Below are positions 61,972-64,000 of a DNA stretch of 64,000 bases, one piece after another (within the stretch, counting starts at the first letter, position 1; every line of letters starts with the position of its first letter). The DNA lies in NCBI GenBank assembly GCA_964036045.1, contig OZ038378.1:184574001-184638000 (forward strand). The letters are read 5' to 3'. The position numbers and the translations under genes are program-made. This DNA comes from Eutreptiella sp. 'Long Island Sound 2002' (Eukaryota; Protista; Euglenida). A model generated the notes under the pieces. That model had not been told where the DNA came from. It was given only the letters and a program-made list of their open reading frames with translations, and searched no databases.

Positions 61972-62046
61972 TTGCCCGCAGCAAGATTTGAACCTAGGAT
62001 GTTGCAAACACAGCGCCACTGCTTTTCCACTCAGGTATAGGCCAAC
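61972..62046 (-). other. Degenerate tRNA-like (SINE-head-like) sequence
   Basis: The minus strand reads tacctgagtggaaaagc (A-box-like) ... ggttcaaatcttgctgcgggca. The 3' end resembles the 44774-44945 units (ggttcgaatcctggtgcgtgga, ggttcgaaccttggtgcggcca). Confidence 0.5.
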
Positions 62047-62339
62047 TCTGACAACCCTCTGCTTGGTGATGATATTGATGATGGTATTAATATTTGGTCC
62101 AACATGTTTTTCATCCATTATTGAGTTCTCCTGAAAAGTCTGAGTATTTTGAGCATAGACACATGGGGTGAAAAACCATTTTTTCACCCTCTGCCGCATC
62201 AAGAAAATTTTCTTATGGCGCCTTTGGCGTCGACGGTTGGGGACTTCCCTGGGCTCTGCTTGCGAAACAAATTTCTGAACAAGTGCACTACCTTTTTTTG
62301 GGGGGTACCCCTGTAGGGGGGGGGGGGGGGGGCACCGGC

Positions 62340-62870
62340 CCCCTGTACGTACCATGTTCACTGAAATGTGTCCAAAAAGCATGGGGGATTTTCGGCGTCC
62401 CACATCTGCTAGCTCATCCGCTTTGTGGTTCCCTTGAATGCCAACGTGGGACGGCACTTGTAGCCAATGGACTTTGTGCCCACAGACCTCCAAAAGTGTC
62501 AAAATTTCCTCCCACAAATCCACGTGACTCACTAGCCCATTAGACCCCACCCACCAATGCCATTTCTATTTCTATTTCCATTTCTATTTCTGTGCTTTTC
62601 CTAGCGCCCCATCCACCACCAGCAAAGAGTCCGGGCATATGAGTGTCTGCTTGCCTGGTGTTTCCCCCTGCAATGCCCCCAAAGCCGCTCAGAGCTCTCC
62701 TCGATTGTTACTTTGCCTTTCATGTACCAGTATGGACTCCGCCGTGTCTCGGTCATCGCCAAAGAATACACCGTATCCCCCCACTTGACCTGCGGGGTGG
62801 GTTTCAAATAACCCACCTAGAAAATTATTTCCCATCTTGCCTGCAAATACCTTGCAATGAAGCGCTCATA
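62340..62870 (-). pseudogene. RNase H relic, probably retroelement-derived, with in-frame stops
   Basis: Frame reads GGYGVFFGDD...QSNNRGEL*AAL...PDSLLVVDG...DLWEEIL...VPSHVGIQGNHKADELA. TGA at 62691-62689; further stops come from an AGAAAT hexamer expansion at about 62560-62590. Confidence 0.9.
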
Positions 62871-64000
62871 GTACTCGCACGGTTCCTTTTTATGGAGTTC
62901 CTTTTCTTTTGTCATTTGCTAAGCTTTCACCAAGGTTGGTGGCATTTGATCTTGGGCCTCCATCGCCCTTGGGTGTCTCAGGCACTCCCCGGGGCCCAAT
63001 GCTTCAAATGCCTGGATCATTGATTGTGTTTCCATTCACGGGAAAGGGGGATTCGGATGTTTCAACCAACCCACCAGTACCTCCAAACATAGCTTCAAGA
63101 AATGGTTCCATTGGGTGGTGGGGGGGGGGGGGGCATGTAGTCGGAAGTTATGGGTTGTTTGGAGCCGCCAGCGGGCCCTCACTACTGCCCAATACATTAG
63201 CCATAGGGCGGAGGACACAGATAATGCCGCTTGCTCCCAAAGGATCTCCTGTGGGTCCTCTGCCGTTCCCTCATCCAGGTGAAGGGAGGGGGGGGGGGGG
63301 GGGCAGCATGATACCTTGTTGTGTTGCTGTCTGCAGGTAGCACCTATTGGCCTCTTGCCACTTACCGCTGCCCATCCCTTGAACCCTTTGCGTCCATTGG
63401 TGGTGGGGCCCATCAACCTCTCACCACCTTGTGCCCTCCCTCTCCCTCCTTTGCCTATCTTGACCTCTCTGCCTATCCATCCTTCCCCTTGGCAGGTTGT
63501 GCCAATGGAGCCCCCGGACTGTCCCTGTTTGATTGGCTTTGTGTCGGGTCCACACAGAGGAGGGCAACTACCCTAGCCATTGGCCAGGTGTGTCGAAGTA
63601 CCCACCCCACACCGGCGCTGGAGGAACCCTCTCTCAGCGGTGGTATTTGGGCCCTGGGGTGTCCGCTTGTGGGATACCTTCCCTGACAGGGGCGCTTAAC
63701 AACCTTCGCCATTCCCTTTCTCGCGCTCAGTGTGTTGTGCCTCTAGCACCCGTCGCAGCACTAGGGCCACTCAGGGTGATGGATGGGGATTGGTGTTGTA
63801 GTGGGAGCTGCGGGCTGGGCCGGGCCATGCAGGGCGGGGCGGGGGGTTCCCCCCTGCGTTGGTTAGCACAAGTGGTCCTTCCTTTTCGCCTGTCTCCCAA
63901 CCCTGCTCAGCCTTGTCCAGCCCTACCGACGCACACACAAGGCTGGTAGACCGTCCCTTTGCCTTGCGTTGGTGCACACAGGGGCAGGCAAACCGTCCCC

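Overview
This is repeat-rich, gene-poor eukaryotic nuclear DNA with conventional GT-AG introns and many long G/C homopolymers. The taxon cannot be fixed from the sequence; splice-acceptor-like sites just upstream of both start codons would fit a trans-splicing protist such as a euglenozoan, but that is inference. Two genes are well supported and point away from each other. One is a six-exon calpain on the minus strand (20481 to 9432, 778 aa) with a RIIa/DPY-30-like docking domain, a CysPc domain with intact Cys-His-Asn triad, domain III and a degenerate EF-hand pair. The other is an intronless 889-aa protein (26775-29444) with FYRN/FYRC fused to a degenerate SNF2 C-terminal lobe. Between them lies the most striking structure, a 4986-bp foldback-type element (21579-26564). 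It has a 9-bp target-site duplication (ACCGAAATT), 52-bp hairpin-containing outer TIRs, asymmetric subterminal segments, and a nearly perfect kilobase-scale inner inverted repeat made of ~200-bp satellite monomers. The left arm has 13 monomers and the right arm 8; the difference is an exact 1000-bp, 5-monomer duplication. The rest of the window holds retroelement relics (several RNase H fragments, one RT fragment), a TA-flanked MITE, a palindrome of two tRNA-like units, a PTB-like RRM pseudogene, a candidate multi-exon gene with an unrecognised repeated module, dispersed repeats, tandem duplications and microsatellites. All domain calls are by-eye motif recognition; no searches were run.
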